Shown: one piece after another, positions 1 to 9,480 of the stretch
Layout of the letters: each line of letters opens with the position of its first letter
Position numbering within the stretch: position 1 is the stretch's first letter
Origin: Candidatus Heimdallarchaeota archaeon
GTDB lineage: Archaea > Asgardarchaeota > Heimdallarchaeia > JABLTI01
Direction of reading: 5' to 3'
DNA length: 32,000 nt
Assembly (NCBI GenBank): GCA_030614005.1
Contig: JAUWKS010000001.1
Coordinates: 60,001-92,000, forward strand
Made by a program: the position numbers and the translations under genes
The notes under the pieces: generated by a model
Databases searched by the model: none
Told to the model about the DNA's origin: nothing
The model's input: the letters and a program-made list of their open reading frames with translations, nothing else

Positions 1-1
1 A

Positions 2-1030
2 GAAATTCAAGAGATACTACAAGAAATGACTCAAAATTGGCTTGCAGATATTAATGATAAAACTGATTCAATTGAAAGGGAATATGCTAATAGAATTAAC
101 CATACTCAGGAAGATGTTGAAGAACGTGTGGAAAATTTTGAAGAGCGACTGAATACCTATATTGATTCTGACCTTGAAAAAGCAAATAGCGCAATTTACA
201 AATTACTCTCTAGATTTGAAGGAAGTACTCTAGGATTGACAGGAATTATTACTCCTCTACAAGAAGAGACTCGAGATATTCTACGCAATATTCCATCTAC
301 TGAAACACCAAAATTCCAAGCAAATATCTCAGCTTATCTAAAGAAAGCTAAAAATCAGATTGGAAAAATTAATGCGAAGGTAAAAGATGTTGATAATGAA
401 AGAAAGCAATTAGAAAAAGCTCTCATGTCCATAGCGCAAACACATCTTAACAATAAACAAAAAGCAAATGAAGATTTTGAGAGAAATAAATCCTCTGCAC
501 TCTCTCAAGTCGATGAGTTACAAGTTAAAAGAGATCGATCTCTTTCAAATCTTCTAGATCAAAAGGAATCTATTAAACAAAATACAGACGAAATGATAAA
601 TAAAATTGAAACAATGATCAAAAATCGTTTCGAGTTAGCAAAAAATGCTACTGTCAACCAGTCAGGAAACATTCCTACTGATATTATCATTTCAGCATTT
701 TTGGTAAAGTTTCAAGATAAAGACAAATCAAGATATTTTGTAATACCTCCTTTAGCTAAACCTCGTAGTCGACATATTGACTATCCAAATGCTGAAAGGG
801 ATTCTGCTATTTCGGGAGGGAAAGAAACAGCTGACAAATTAGCTGCCGAAATAGTTTTTAATCGAAGATTAAAATCATCATTTGATGCTTTGAATGCAAC
901 AAATTATATTGCGACAGGTGAATTTGCCGGAGCAGTTCGACAAGGATTAGCCTATCTATTGGAAAACAAAATGATTGGTAAAAAAAACTCTAAAAAGATT
1001 GTTGACTTGTTAAATGATCTTGGGTTTTAA
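2..1030 (+). CDS. Coiled-coil protein with globular C-terminal domain; 5'-truncated by the window edge
   Basis: The frame is open from position 2 (GAA ATT CAA GAG ATA CTA CAA GAA ATG), so the track ATG at 26 is probably internal. About 200 aa are E/K/Q/N-rich helical sequence, followed by a mixed C-terminal domain (IPTDIIISAFLVKFQDKDKSRYFVIPPL). Family not recognised. Confidence 0.75.
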   Translation, partial: EIQEILQEMTQNWLADINDKTDSIEREYANRINHTQEDVEERVENFEERLNTYIDSDLEKANSAIYKLLSRFEGSTLGLTGIITPLQEETRDILRNIPSTETPKFQANISAYLKKAKNQIGKINAKVKDVDNERKQLEKALMSIAQTHLNNKQKANEDFERNKSSALSQVDELQVKRDRSLSNLLDQKESIKQNTDEMINKIETMIKNRFELAKNATVNQSGNIPTDIIISAFLVKFQDKDKSRYFVIPPLAKPRSRHIDYPNAERDSAISGGKETADKLAAEIVFNRRLKSSFDALNATNYIATGEFAGAVRQGLAYLLENKMIGKKNSKKIVDLLNDLGF

Positions 1031-1050
1031 TGAACTAGAAGTGATTGAGT

Positions 1051-1644
1051 ATGGTCAATGAAAGCAAAATCGTGATTGTTGGTGGTGTTCCTGGTGTTGG
1101 AAAAACCACTGTAATCAATCTAGTTCTAGAGCTTGCTAAAGCAGAAAAAATGAAAATATTAACAATTATTTTTGGTTCTGTTATGATGGAAATTGCTTCT
1201 GAATTATTCAATATTCAAGATAGAGATAAATTACGTAAATTGCCTTCAGATAAACAGAAAATTATTCAAAAAGAAGCAGCTATTAGAATAACCGAACGTT
1301 CATGGCATAAAATGACCATCGTTGACACTCATTATACAATTAAAACTAGAACAGGTAAATACTTGCAAGGCATTCCAAGTTGGGTTTCAAATGCCTTAAA
1401 ACCTAAATTACTTGTAATAATTGAAACAAATCCAGAAGATATCTCTAAACGTAGAGATGTTGATGATTCGCGTTTACGAGATGAAGAAAATATTGATCTT
1501 CTCAAAGAACACCAAGAAGTAAATCGAACATCAGCTATAACCATCTGTCAAAAAACAGGAGCATTGCTTGCAATAATCAAAAATAAACAAGGGCAAGCTG
1601 ATGAAGCGGGAGCATCACTCTTTAGATATTTGAAAAGCATCTAA
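1051..1644 (+). CDS. adkA: Archaeal-type adenylate kinase
   Basis: P-loop GVPGVGKTT, FGSVMME, RDKLRKLP and DTHYTIKT..YLQGIP match the archaeal AdkA pattern. ATG 1051 is preferred over TTG 1045 because GAAGTGAT (SD-like) lies just upstream. Confidence 0.92.
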   Translation: MVNESKIVIVGGVPGVGKTTVINLVLELAKAEKMKILTIIFGSVMMEIASELFNIQDRDKLRKLPSDKQKIIQKEAAIRITERSWHKMTIVDTHYTIKTRTGKYLQGIPSWVSNALKPKLLVIIETNPEDISKRRDVDDSRLRDEENIDLLKEHQEVNRTSAITICQKTGALLAIIKNKQGQADEAGASLFRYLKSI

Positions 1645-1783
1645 TTTCTGTTTTTTTACCTAATTTAAGGTAAATTTCCGCTTTTTTTTTAAGGAAAAAC
1701 CATAAAAATTAAAAACAGTCTTATATTATATGGTCATAAAATAAGCTGATGATTTTAAAATAATAAAACAGGTTGAAATACAA

Positions 1784-3019
1784 ATGGCAGGAATATGGTT
1801 AATAGGAGCTTATGGAGCTGTATCAACAACTACCTTTACAGGTATAGCAGCAATAAAAGCTGGCGCTGCTCCAAGAGTTCAATCAGGAATAGTCACAGAA
1901 TCACCTGAGTGTGATCCAATACGCAGTAAGTTTCCAATCGAAGATATAAACCTCGGTGGAAGTGAAATACGATTTCTAGATAAGAATGCTTATCAAGCAT
2001 CTGAAATTATTTGGGAAGAAAATTATCATTTTCGAAGAAAATATCTCGAGGCAGCAAAGAATGAGCTTTCAAAAATAAAAGCAAAAAAAGGGACAGCTAT
2101 TAATGGTGGTCCCGGAGTGGAGGCAATAGGAAAACTAGAGACATTAGAAGATGATGGTCTTACTCTAAAAGAGATTGTAAAAAAACTCATGAAGGATTTT
2201 GAAAGTTTCAAGAATAAGAATGGGGAAGTGTGTGTTATGAATACTTCTTCAACTGAACCTCATATTATGCTTACTGAAGAACATCAAACACTCGATGGAT
2301 TTGAAGGTTTAATTGATGGAAATAAAGCTGAAAAAGTTACTGCGAGTATGCTCAACGCTTACGCCGCATTAAAACAAAAAATTCCTTATGGAAACTTTAC
2401 TCCGTCCCATGGAGCATCTTTTCCAGCTTTAAGAGAATTAGCACAGAACCAAAAAGTACCATATTATGGAGATGATGGAAAAACAGGCGAGACTTTAATG
2501 AAAACCACACTCGCTCCCATGTTCAAAATGAGAAACTTGAAAATCCTTGGATGGGCAGGATTCAATATTTTGGGCGACTTGGATGGTGTCACTCTAAGCA
2601 AAGATGCAAATAAAGCTAGTAAAATTGAAAGTAAAGACAAAGCAATCAGCAGCAGTATAGGTTATTCTCCTTTCTCTATTACTGAAATCAAATACTTCCC
2701 ACCACTTGTCGACCACAAAGTTGCTTGGGATTACATTAGCTATCGAGGCTTTTTAGGCCAAAAAATGGCTTTAACATTTACCTGGTTAGGCATCGATTCT
2801 ATTTTAGCTGCACCAATTGTTATTGATATTGCCAGAAGTCTTATGTTTGCAAAATCCAGAGGCGAATTCGGTCCTATTCATGAGCTCGCTTTCTTCTTTA
2901 AACATCCAATTGATGATATAATTGGCAATACTTTCATCCAACATGATATATACATGAAATGGGTAAATGAAGGCACTAAAATTAATGTAGAAGAAATGCA
3001 AGTAAAGCTTGTTCAATAA
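1784..3019 (+). CDS. ino1: myo-inositol-1-phosphate synthase
   Basis: NAD-binding WLIGAYGAVSTT, plus YGNFTPS, DGKTGETLMK, NILGDLDG and DSILAAP, which are the conserved MIPS motifs. Confidence 0.95.
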   Translation: MAGIWLIGAYGAVSTTTFTGIAAIKAGAAPRVQSGIVTESPECDPIRSKFPIEDINLGGSEIRFLDKNAYQASEIIWEENYHFRRKYLEAAKNELSKIKAKKGTAINGGPGVEAIGKLETLEDDGLTLKEIVKKLMKDFESFKNKNGEVCVMNTSSTEPHIMLTEEHQTLDGFEGLIDGNKAEKVTASMLNAYAALKQKIPYGNFTPSHGASFPALRELAQNQKVPYYGDDGKTGETLMKTTLAPMFKMRNLKILGWAGFNILGDLDGVTLSKDANKASKIESKDKAISSSIGYSPFSITEIKYFPPLVDHKVAWDYISYRGFLGQKMALTFTWLGIDSILAAPIVIDIARSLMFAKSRGEFGPIHELAFFFKHPIDDIIGNTFIQHDIYMKWVNEGTKINVEEMQVKLVQ

Positions 3020-3029
3020 TAATTTTTAC

Positions 3030-3070
3030 TAAAGGAAAAGTTTTTTTCCTTTAATCTTTTATTTTTTTTC
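3030..3070 (+). terminator. Hairpin plus T-tract downstream of ino1
   Basis: 10-bp stem TAAAGGAAAA (3030-3039) / TTTTCCTTTA (3044-3053), 4-nt loop, followed by T-rich run, 10 nt after the stop codon. Confidence 0.55.
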
Positions 3071-3142
3071 AATCTATACGAATGAAAGCATAGTTATACA
3101 TTAACAATGAAAATTGATTATTATTGCGTGGGATTATGGTTA

Positions 3143-4198
3143 ATGACTAACAATTCTGATAAACATCAAGTACAATTATCAAACAATGAATTGCAAACGC
3201 TTCTTGAATCAAATATGCGTGAAAAGCGAATACAAGTTATTCACTATTTGGTACAGACTACCAGTTCACAATCAGTGGACATTTTGTCAAAATTAGCACT
3301 TTCAGATCCAGATCCTTTAGTTAGAGAATTCGCAATAATTGGTCTTAGTAATTTCCAATTTGAAGAATATATAGAATTTTTTGCTAAAATTTATCGTTCT
3401 TACATAGAAGAAAAGAGAGCTGTCAAAGTCAGAGCAATTTGGGCTCTGGGAAAAAGAGATTCCTTACTTGCTTTCAATGTTTTGATGAAAGGACTTAGAG
3501 ATGAGAATATTGAAATTCAGTACTGGAGCATTCAAGGATTACTTAAACAGACAACTCCTTTTCCATTTAAAGAAATTGAAGAGTTGCTTTTTTCAAATAA
3601 AAGTCATCTCATTCGTCAAACCATCACTTGGGCATTAGGAATAGTTAAAGATAAAAATACAGTAAAAATTTTGATTGACGCATTAATCAAAGACAAAAAC
3701 GCTCACGTTCGAATGAACGCTGCTTGGGCATTGAGAAATATCAAGGACCCAGTATCGATTTCAGGACTTTGTTATGCGTTAAACAACGAAGTTAATGAAT
3801 TAACAAAAAGACAAATTGTTATTACTATTGGAATAATTTTAGATAGATCGAAAGCACAAATAGCGCAAAATGCTGATGAGCTAGTTAACATCAGAAAGGA
3901 AGCAATCTCGGCTCTCTCACAGAGAATTCAGAGGGATAATTGTTATTATGTTCGAAGAACTTGTGCAGAAGCTCTTGGAAGAATCGGTGATAAGCAAGCT
4001 GTTTCTATATTAATTCAAACATATGCCTCAGATGTTAATAAGTTCGTACGAAGGGAAATAGCAAATGCTTTAGGAATTTTTGGTGATGAACGTGCTCTCC
4101 CTGTTCTAAGAAAATCTCTAAGAAGTCATTATAAGCAGGTTGTAAAAGCTGCGAAGACTGCTATTGAAAGAATAGAGTCAAATAGTGGGAAAAATTAA
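3143..4198 (+). CDS. HEAT-repeat (PBS-lyase-like) protein
   Basis: Repeated D-x-x-x-x-V-R-x-x-A-x-x-A-L-G units (DPDPLVREFAIIGL, DKNAHVRMNAAWAL, DNCYYVRRTCAEALG, DVNKFVRREIANALG). Start is uncertain (3107 or 3143). Confidence 0.88.
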   Translation: MTNNSDKHQVQLSNNELQTLLESNMREKRIQVIHYLVQTTSSQSVDILSKLALSDPDPLVREFAIIGLSNFQFEEYIEFFAKIYRSYIEEKRAVKVRAIWALGKRDSLLAFNVLMKGLRDENIEIQYWSIQGLLKQTTPFPFKEIEELLFSNKSHLIRQTITWALGIVKDKNTVKILIDALIKDKNAHVRMNAAWALRNIKDPVSISGLCYALNNEVNELTKRQIVITIGIILDRSKAQIAQNADELVNIRKEAISALSQRIQRDNCYYVRRTCAEALGRIGDKQAVSILIQTYASDVNKFVRREIANALGIFGDERALPVLRKSLRSHYKQVVKAAKTAIERIESNSGKN

Positions 4199-4230
4199 AC
4201 ATTCATATTTGATTGAATTATTAACAAAAC

Positions 4231-4244
4231 CGAAATAGTTTTAT
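4231..4244 (+). promoter_or_regulatory. Putative BRE/TATA for the ABC exporter pair
   Basis: CGAAATAG followed by TTTTAT, about 50 nt before ATG 4295. Confidence 0.4.
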
Positions 4245-4294
4245 GTGTAACCATTAGAAATTAGACCATTAATCTAATGTTGTGATCTTTGGTT

Positions 4295-6127
4295 ATGCAT
4301 CCACTCCTACGAATTGTTAAATATATGAAAAAGAAAACCCTCTTTGCTATAGGAGTTGTTATTTTTACTGCAATATTGGATTCTGCTTTTACTCTTGTTA
4401 GTCCCTATATTATTAGAGAAATAATAAACAGCATTTTTTATGAAGAAAATTTTGTTTTAAGATTCAATGCCTTAAAATTATGGATTCCTATTCTTATCGC
4501 AATTGGATTTTTAGCATCTATCTTCCGGTTCGTTCAAAGATACATTAATGAATATATTTCTCAAAATGTCATCTATGATCTTCGAAATAGATTGTACACA
4601 AAAATTCAGAAACAATCTATTGATTTCTTCGATCGTATGGAGACAGGGCAGTTAATCTCAAGGGGAACAAGTGATGTAGAAGCTATCCGAAGATTACTTA
4701 GTATCGGTTTACGAATCTTCCTAAGATCAATCTGTTTGTATACTGGCATTTTTATTATTGTTGGTTTGATGGATTGGCAATTAATGCTCATTTTCGTAGG
4801 ATTTGCACCAGTAATGTTTATTTCGATGTTTATGTATGCTAAAAGGATTCGTCCATTAATGAGACAAATTCAGAATAAATTTGGTGATATGAATTCTGTT
4901 CTAGCAGAAAATGTTTATGGTTCAAGAGTTGTAAGAGCGTTTGCTGCAGAGAAATTCGAAAATGCGAAATTTGAAAATGAAAATGAGAAATATTTGGAAC
5001 TTAATTTAAGATTAGCAAAATTGCGTGCTTATATTAATACCATTTTTCCATTGCTTTTAACAATAGGCTCATTTCTCATTCTATTATTTGGAGGAAGAGG
5101 CGTTCTTGCTGGAACACTCGTGGGTGGAATAGGAACTTTAGTTGCTGTGAATAGTTATCTAATAATGATGCGAATGCCAACGAGATTTATGTCCTTTGCT
5201 ATTTTGCACTTGCAGGAAGGAACAGCATCGCTTAACAGGATATTTGATGTAATAGATATGGAAAAGAAAATTACTGAAAAAGAAGATGCTATAGAACTAC
5301 CGGAAATTATAGGTAAAATAGAATTTAAGGATGTTACTTTCACTTATACCGAAGGAGATCCACCTGTTTTAAACAAAATTAATCTAACAATTGCTCCTGG
5401 AGAAACTATTGCATTCTTAGGAACCACCGGTTCAGGTAAAAGTACGATTGTTAGTCTAATTCCAAGATTTTATGATCCAAACGAAGGCGCAGTTCTCATT
5501 GACGATGTAGATATACGAGATGTCAAGATTGAGCCGTTCAGAAGACAAATAGCAATAGTTCAGCAAGAAGCATTTCTCTTTGCTAAAACAATCAGGGAAA
5601 ACATTGCTTTTGGTAAACCAGATGCCTCGGAAGAAGAAATTCTGCGAGTGGCAAAAATCGCTCAAGCTCATGAGTTTATTACCTCTTTCCCAAAGGGTTA
5701 TGATACAGTAGTTGGTGAACGAGGATTAACCCTCTCAGGTGGGCAGAAACAACGATTAACAATTGCTCGAGCATTACTTCTTAAGACGCCTTTACTAATA
5801 ATGGATGATTCATCAAGTGCTTTGGATTTCGAGACTGAAAACCAATTTCAAGTTGCAGTTAGTGAACTAATTAAGAACAAAACAACTCTAATCGTCACTC
5901 AGAGATTGTCAACAATAAAGTTTGCAACCAAAATTGTTGTAATGGATAGAGGAAAAATTGTTGAATTAGGCAAACATGATGAGCTAATGAGTCAAGGTGG
6001 ACTCTACAAGCATCTCTATGAAACTCAGTTAATCGATCAACAAGATGCTAATGTATCTTTCAATAAATTGAATTCAACACCAAAGGGTTCCGTTGATTCA
6101 GCAATAGATAATGGAGGGCACAAATAA
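4295..6127 (+). CDS. Heterodimeric ABC exporter subunit 1 (TMD-NBD, non-canonical Walker B and switch)
   Basis: Six-TM N-terminal domain; Walker A GTTGSGKS; signature LSGGQ; Walker B LIMDD (D instead of catalytic E); switch TQR (Q instead of H). Start 4295 ATG, or 4289 TTG. Confidence 0.93.
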   Translation: MHPLLRIVKYMKKKTLFAIGVVIFTAILDSAFTLVSPYIIREIINSIFYEENFVLRFNALKLWIPILIAIGFLASIFRFVQRYINEYISQNVIYDLRNRLYTKIQKQSIDFFDRMETGQLISRGTSDVEAIRRLLSIGLRIFLRSICLYTGIFIIVGLMDWQLMLIFVGFAPVMFISMFMYAKRIRPLMRQIQNKFGDMNSVLAENVYGSRVVRAFAAEKFENAKFENENEKYLELNLRLAKLRAYINTIFPLLLTIGSFLILLFGGRGVLAGTLVGGIGTLVAVNSYLIMMRMPTRFMSFAILHLQEGTASLNRIFDVIDMEKKITEKEDAIELPEIIGKIEFKDVTFTYTEGDPPVLNKINLTIAPGETIAFLGTTGSGKSTIVSLIPRFYDPNEGAVLIDDVDIRDVKIEPFRRQIAIVQQEAFLFAKTIRENIAFGKPDASEEEILRVAKIAQAHEFITSFPKGYDTVVGERGLTLSGGQKQRLTIARALLLKTPLLIMDDSSSALDFETENQFQVAVSELIKNKTTLIVTQRLSTIKFATKIVVMDRGKIVELGKHDELMSQGGLYKHLYETQLIDQQDANVSFNKLNSTPKGSVDSAIDNGGHK

Positions 6128-7992
6128 TGGGTTTTGGAAGAGGCGGTCATTTTGATTCCTTGATTGAAGAAGAAGAACAAAAAGAGCGAGCACGAGTAAC
6201 CTCGGATAAAAAATTGGGTAAATGGATTCTTGGTTATCTGAAAGACTATAAAGGAATGGTCATTCTAGCAATAATTCTTGTAGTAATTAGTGCAGTAATT
6301 AGTCTTATTGCACCACAAATTTTGCGATATATTATAGATGGTGTTCTAGGAGATAAATATCTTTTATTTGCTGAAGACAGAGATAAGTGGTTATTAATCT
6401 TAGCGCTATCCTTACTTGCTGTTGCGATCATTAGCTCTGTTATAGATATCTTTAGGATTTTCATCCTATACAAAATAGGATATCATACTGTTAAAAAAAT
6501 TCGAACAGATTCATTCAATCATCTTCAGAGCCTCTCAATGAAATATATTGACCAACAAGAAACAGGTCGACTTATTTCCAAAGTAACAAACGATTGCGAT
6601 AAAATTAACGAACTTATGAGTGGTGGAATTATTACCTCACTAATAGATTTCATAACTTTAATTGGTGTAAGTATTGTTTTACTCTGGATGAATTGGGAAT
6701 TGGCACTCTGGGTGTTTCTATTTTCAATCCCAACAACACTTATCATCAGTTGGTCTTTTAAAAAGCGAGCACGAAAAGCGTATCGCAAAACAAGAAAGAC
6801 AATTGCGAATGTTACAGCTAATCTTTCTGAGAGTATTTCCGGAGTTAAAATATCGAAATCATTCAGTAGAGAAGGAAAAAATATTAAAGATTTTGATGCA
6901 GTAAATAAAGAAAACAGACAAGCTAATATGAAAGCAATTGCAGTATTTGCAACTACTTTTCCACTTTTCAATTTCCTAGCTGTAGCAGTAACAGGATTTG
7001 TTTACTTTTACGGTGGTTGGACAATGATGTTCGATTCTATGCATGTTCCGCTAACAATTGGTGTTGCATTAGCTTTTACTTCATATGTAGGTATCTTTTT
7101 CAGGCCGATTCTCAATTTAACAATGTTCTATAATACTTTCCAATCAACTATGGCAGCGACAGAGCGAGTTTATGAATTGAATCACATTGTTTCAGATGTT
7201 GTTGAAAAAGAAAATGCACATGAATTACCAGAAATAACTGGTCAAGTGAAATTCAAGAATGTTGTTTTTGGCTACAAGGAAAACGAACTTGTCCTCAATG
7301 GCTTTAGCTTGGAAGTCCAAGCTGGAGAAACAATAGCTATTGTAGGTCCAACCGGTGCCGGAAAAACAACAATAATCAATCTTCTTGTACGTTTTTATGA
7401 GATACAAGAAGGATCAATATCTATTGATGATCATAATATTCAAGATGTCACATTGGATTCCCTTCGTCGTCAAATCGGTGTTGTATTACAAGACCCCTAT
7501 TTATTTTCAGGAACTATTGCAGAAAATATTGCTTATAGTTTAAAGGACGTTCCTATGGAAGCTATCCAACAAGCAGCTAATGCAGTTAATGCAGATGAAT
7601 TCATTGATAGAATGCCCAATGGATATAATACTGATGTAGGTGAACGTGGGGGCAAACTGTCAGTAGGTCAAAGGCAACTTATTTCCTTTGCTCGAGCATT
7701 ATTACCAAACCCAAAAATTCTTGTGTTAGATGAAGCAACATCCTCAGTTGATCCTTACACGGAAATTATTATTAAAAGAGCATTAGATAAACTTCTTGCA
7801 GATAGAACATCATTCATTATTGCTCATCGGTTATCGACTGTAAGAACTGCTGATAGAATCGTCGTAATTCGTGATGGAGAAATCATAGAAGAAGGTACAA
7901 ATGATGAACTTCTTGCTAGAAAAGGAGAATACTATCGTCTCTATCAGTTACAATTCAAAGAACAAGAAGAAAATAGCAATCATCAGCAATAA
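6127..7992 (+). CDS. Heterodimeric ABC exporter subunit 2 (TMD-NBD)
   Basis: Walker A GPTGAGKT; Walker B LVLDEAT; switch IAHR; degenerate signature LSVGQ. TAATG stop/start overlap with the upstream subunit. Confidence 0.93.
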   Translation: MGFGRGGHFDSLIEEEEQKERARVTSDKKLGKWILGYLKDYKGMVILAIILVVISAVISLIAPQILRYIIDGVLGDKYLLFAEDRDKWLLILALSLLAVAIISSVIDIFRIFILYKIGYHTVKKIRTDSFNHLQSLSMKYIDQQETGRLISKVTNDCDKINELMSGGIITSLIDFITLIGVSIVLLWMNWELALWVFLFSIPTTLIISWSFKKRARKAYRKTRKTIANVTANLSESISGVKISKSFSREGKNIKDFDAVNKENRQANMKAIAVFATTFPLFNFLAVAVTGFVYFYGGWTMMFDSMHVPLTIGVALAFTSYVGIFFRPILNLTMFYNTFQSTMAATERVYELNHIVSDVVEKENAHELPEITGQVKFKNVVFGYKENELVLNGFSLEVQAGETIAIVGPTGAGKTTIINLLVRFYEIQEGSISIDDHNIQDVTLDSLRRQIGVVLQDPYLFSGTIAENIAYSLKDVPMEAIQQAANAVNADEFIDRMPNGYNTDVGERGGKLSVGQRQLISFARALLPNPKILVLDEATSSVDPYTEIIIKRALDKLLADRTSFIIAHRLSTVRTADRIVVIRDGEIIEEGTNDELLARKGEYYRLYQLQFKEQEENSNHQQ

Positions 7993-8052
7993 TTTTCTTT
8001 TTTTGTCTATCTAGTGAATAAGTTGAAAATAAAGTGCATTGGAAATAGGATT

Positions 8053-9444
8053 ATGAGCTCAAAATTTATTTCTGGAGTAGTAAGCTATCTACCCCCTAAA
8101 AATCTTTTACCTCTACTATTTGGTTATTCAATTGATCATATTGCACTTTCTACTTATTGGATATTTTTTGGTATTTGGCTTGATGGTTTAATAAGAAATA
8201 ATGTTAATATAGCTTATCCATTTCTTACACTAGCAATCGTTTTAGCAACTCCGGCAATTGTCTCTATCATAGGCACTTCAATTTTCAGCTCATTATCAGA
8301 TAAAATTGGTCGCAGAAAAGAGATTATGTTCCTCTCAAGAGTATTATTAATGGTTCAATATATTATACTGTTATTCTTTGGTAACTCCACATTGAATGTT
8401 TTGTTAATTCTCGGTACCTTTGGTTTATTTACCCAGATGTTTTATACAATGCATAGTGCATTATTAACTTCAATTTGTCATCCAGATAAAAGAGGACAAG
8501 TATCAAGTTTTCAAGTCCTTTTTGCAAGCATTGGATGGATAATTGGTAGTAGTGTTTCAAGTTCTATTTTCAAATCATTTGATATTGAGGGTAGTCTAGG
8601 ATTTGCAGCAGGATTTGCTCTTCTTGCTGGTGTTATTGTAATGTTTTCTCCAGCAAAACCATGGAATCACAAAGAATTGAAACAAAAACAAATTGACTTA
8701 ACAATAGAGAAAGAAGTATCACTCAAAAGCGAGTTGTTAGATAAAGACATTTCTTCAACCAAAGAAGATATTACAAAATTACGTATTGCAGAGGAAATTG
8801 TACCCAAACAGAAGAAACCTGTTACGACATACTGGCAGATTTTCAAAAGAAAAGAAGTTCTAAGTTTATTAATTGCGCTTGCAATTGTTGATTTCGGGTT
8901 TGGACCATTTAATGTTGTAGGTAACGTTTATTTGATTGAAGTTGGTCTATCATATGATGACATTGCACTTGCTAATGTGATTGCAACATTTCTGGGAATG
9001 ATAATGCTATTATTCATGGGTAAAGTTCTTGATAAAAGAGGGAGGAAACCGGTGTTTTTAATTTCTATTATTACTTATCCTATCCTCTATGGCCTTATGT
9101 ATGCACTCTCCAGTTTTCGAATTGCAATTTTCATACTTTATCTCTATCCGTTATACGCTTTGAAGGTACCAGCTTCCAATGCAATTATGTCTGATCTCAC
9201 TGAGGAAAATGAACGGGCAAGAGGGATGAGCTTAATTCAGTTCGAACAAATTATCTTTGCAAATGCAGGTGCATTCTTAGCTTGTTTCATAGCAGATATT
9301 GCTCCTCAAAAATTGTTAATTATTCCCCTCTTTCCGTTATCATTTGGTATTGTAGCAGTGATTGTTGCATTTCTTATTATAAAAGAAACGAACAAAAAAT
9401 TACTATTCAATAGAAAAATCAACAGTGAACCTGATAGGAAGTAA
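8053..9444 (+). CDS. MFS transporter
   Basis: Two hydrophobic halves separated by a charged loop, with motif-A copies SLSDKIGRR and KVLDKRGRK. Start is ATG 8053 or GTG 8014. Confidence 0.9.
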   Translation: MSSKFISGVVSYLPPKNLLPLLFGYSIDHIALSTYWIFFGIWLDGLIRNNVNIAYPFLTLAIVLATPAIVSIIGTSIFSSLSDKIGRRKEIMFLSRVLLMVQYIILLFFGNSTLNVLLILGTFGLFTQMFYTMHSALLTSICHPDKRGQVSSFQVLFASIGWIIGSSVSSSIFKSFDIEGSLGFAAGFALLAGVIVMFSPAKPWNHKELKQKQIDLTIEKEVSLKSELLDKDISSTKEDITKLRIAEEIVPKQKKPVTTYWQIFKRKEVLSLLIALAIVDFGFGPFNVVGNVYLIEVGLSYDDIALANVIATFLGMIMLLFMGKVLDKRGRKPVFLISIITYPILYGLMYALSSFRIAIFILYLYPLYALKVPASNAIMSDLTEENERARGMSLIQFEQIIFANAGAFLACFIADIAPQKLLIIPLFPLSFGIVAVIVAFLIIKETNKKLLFNRKINSEPDRK

Positions 9445-9480
9445 ATTTGTTAATATACTACTAAGAGTTTCACTATTTTA

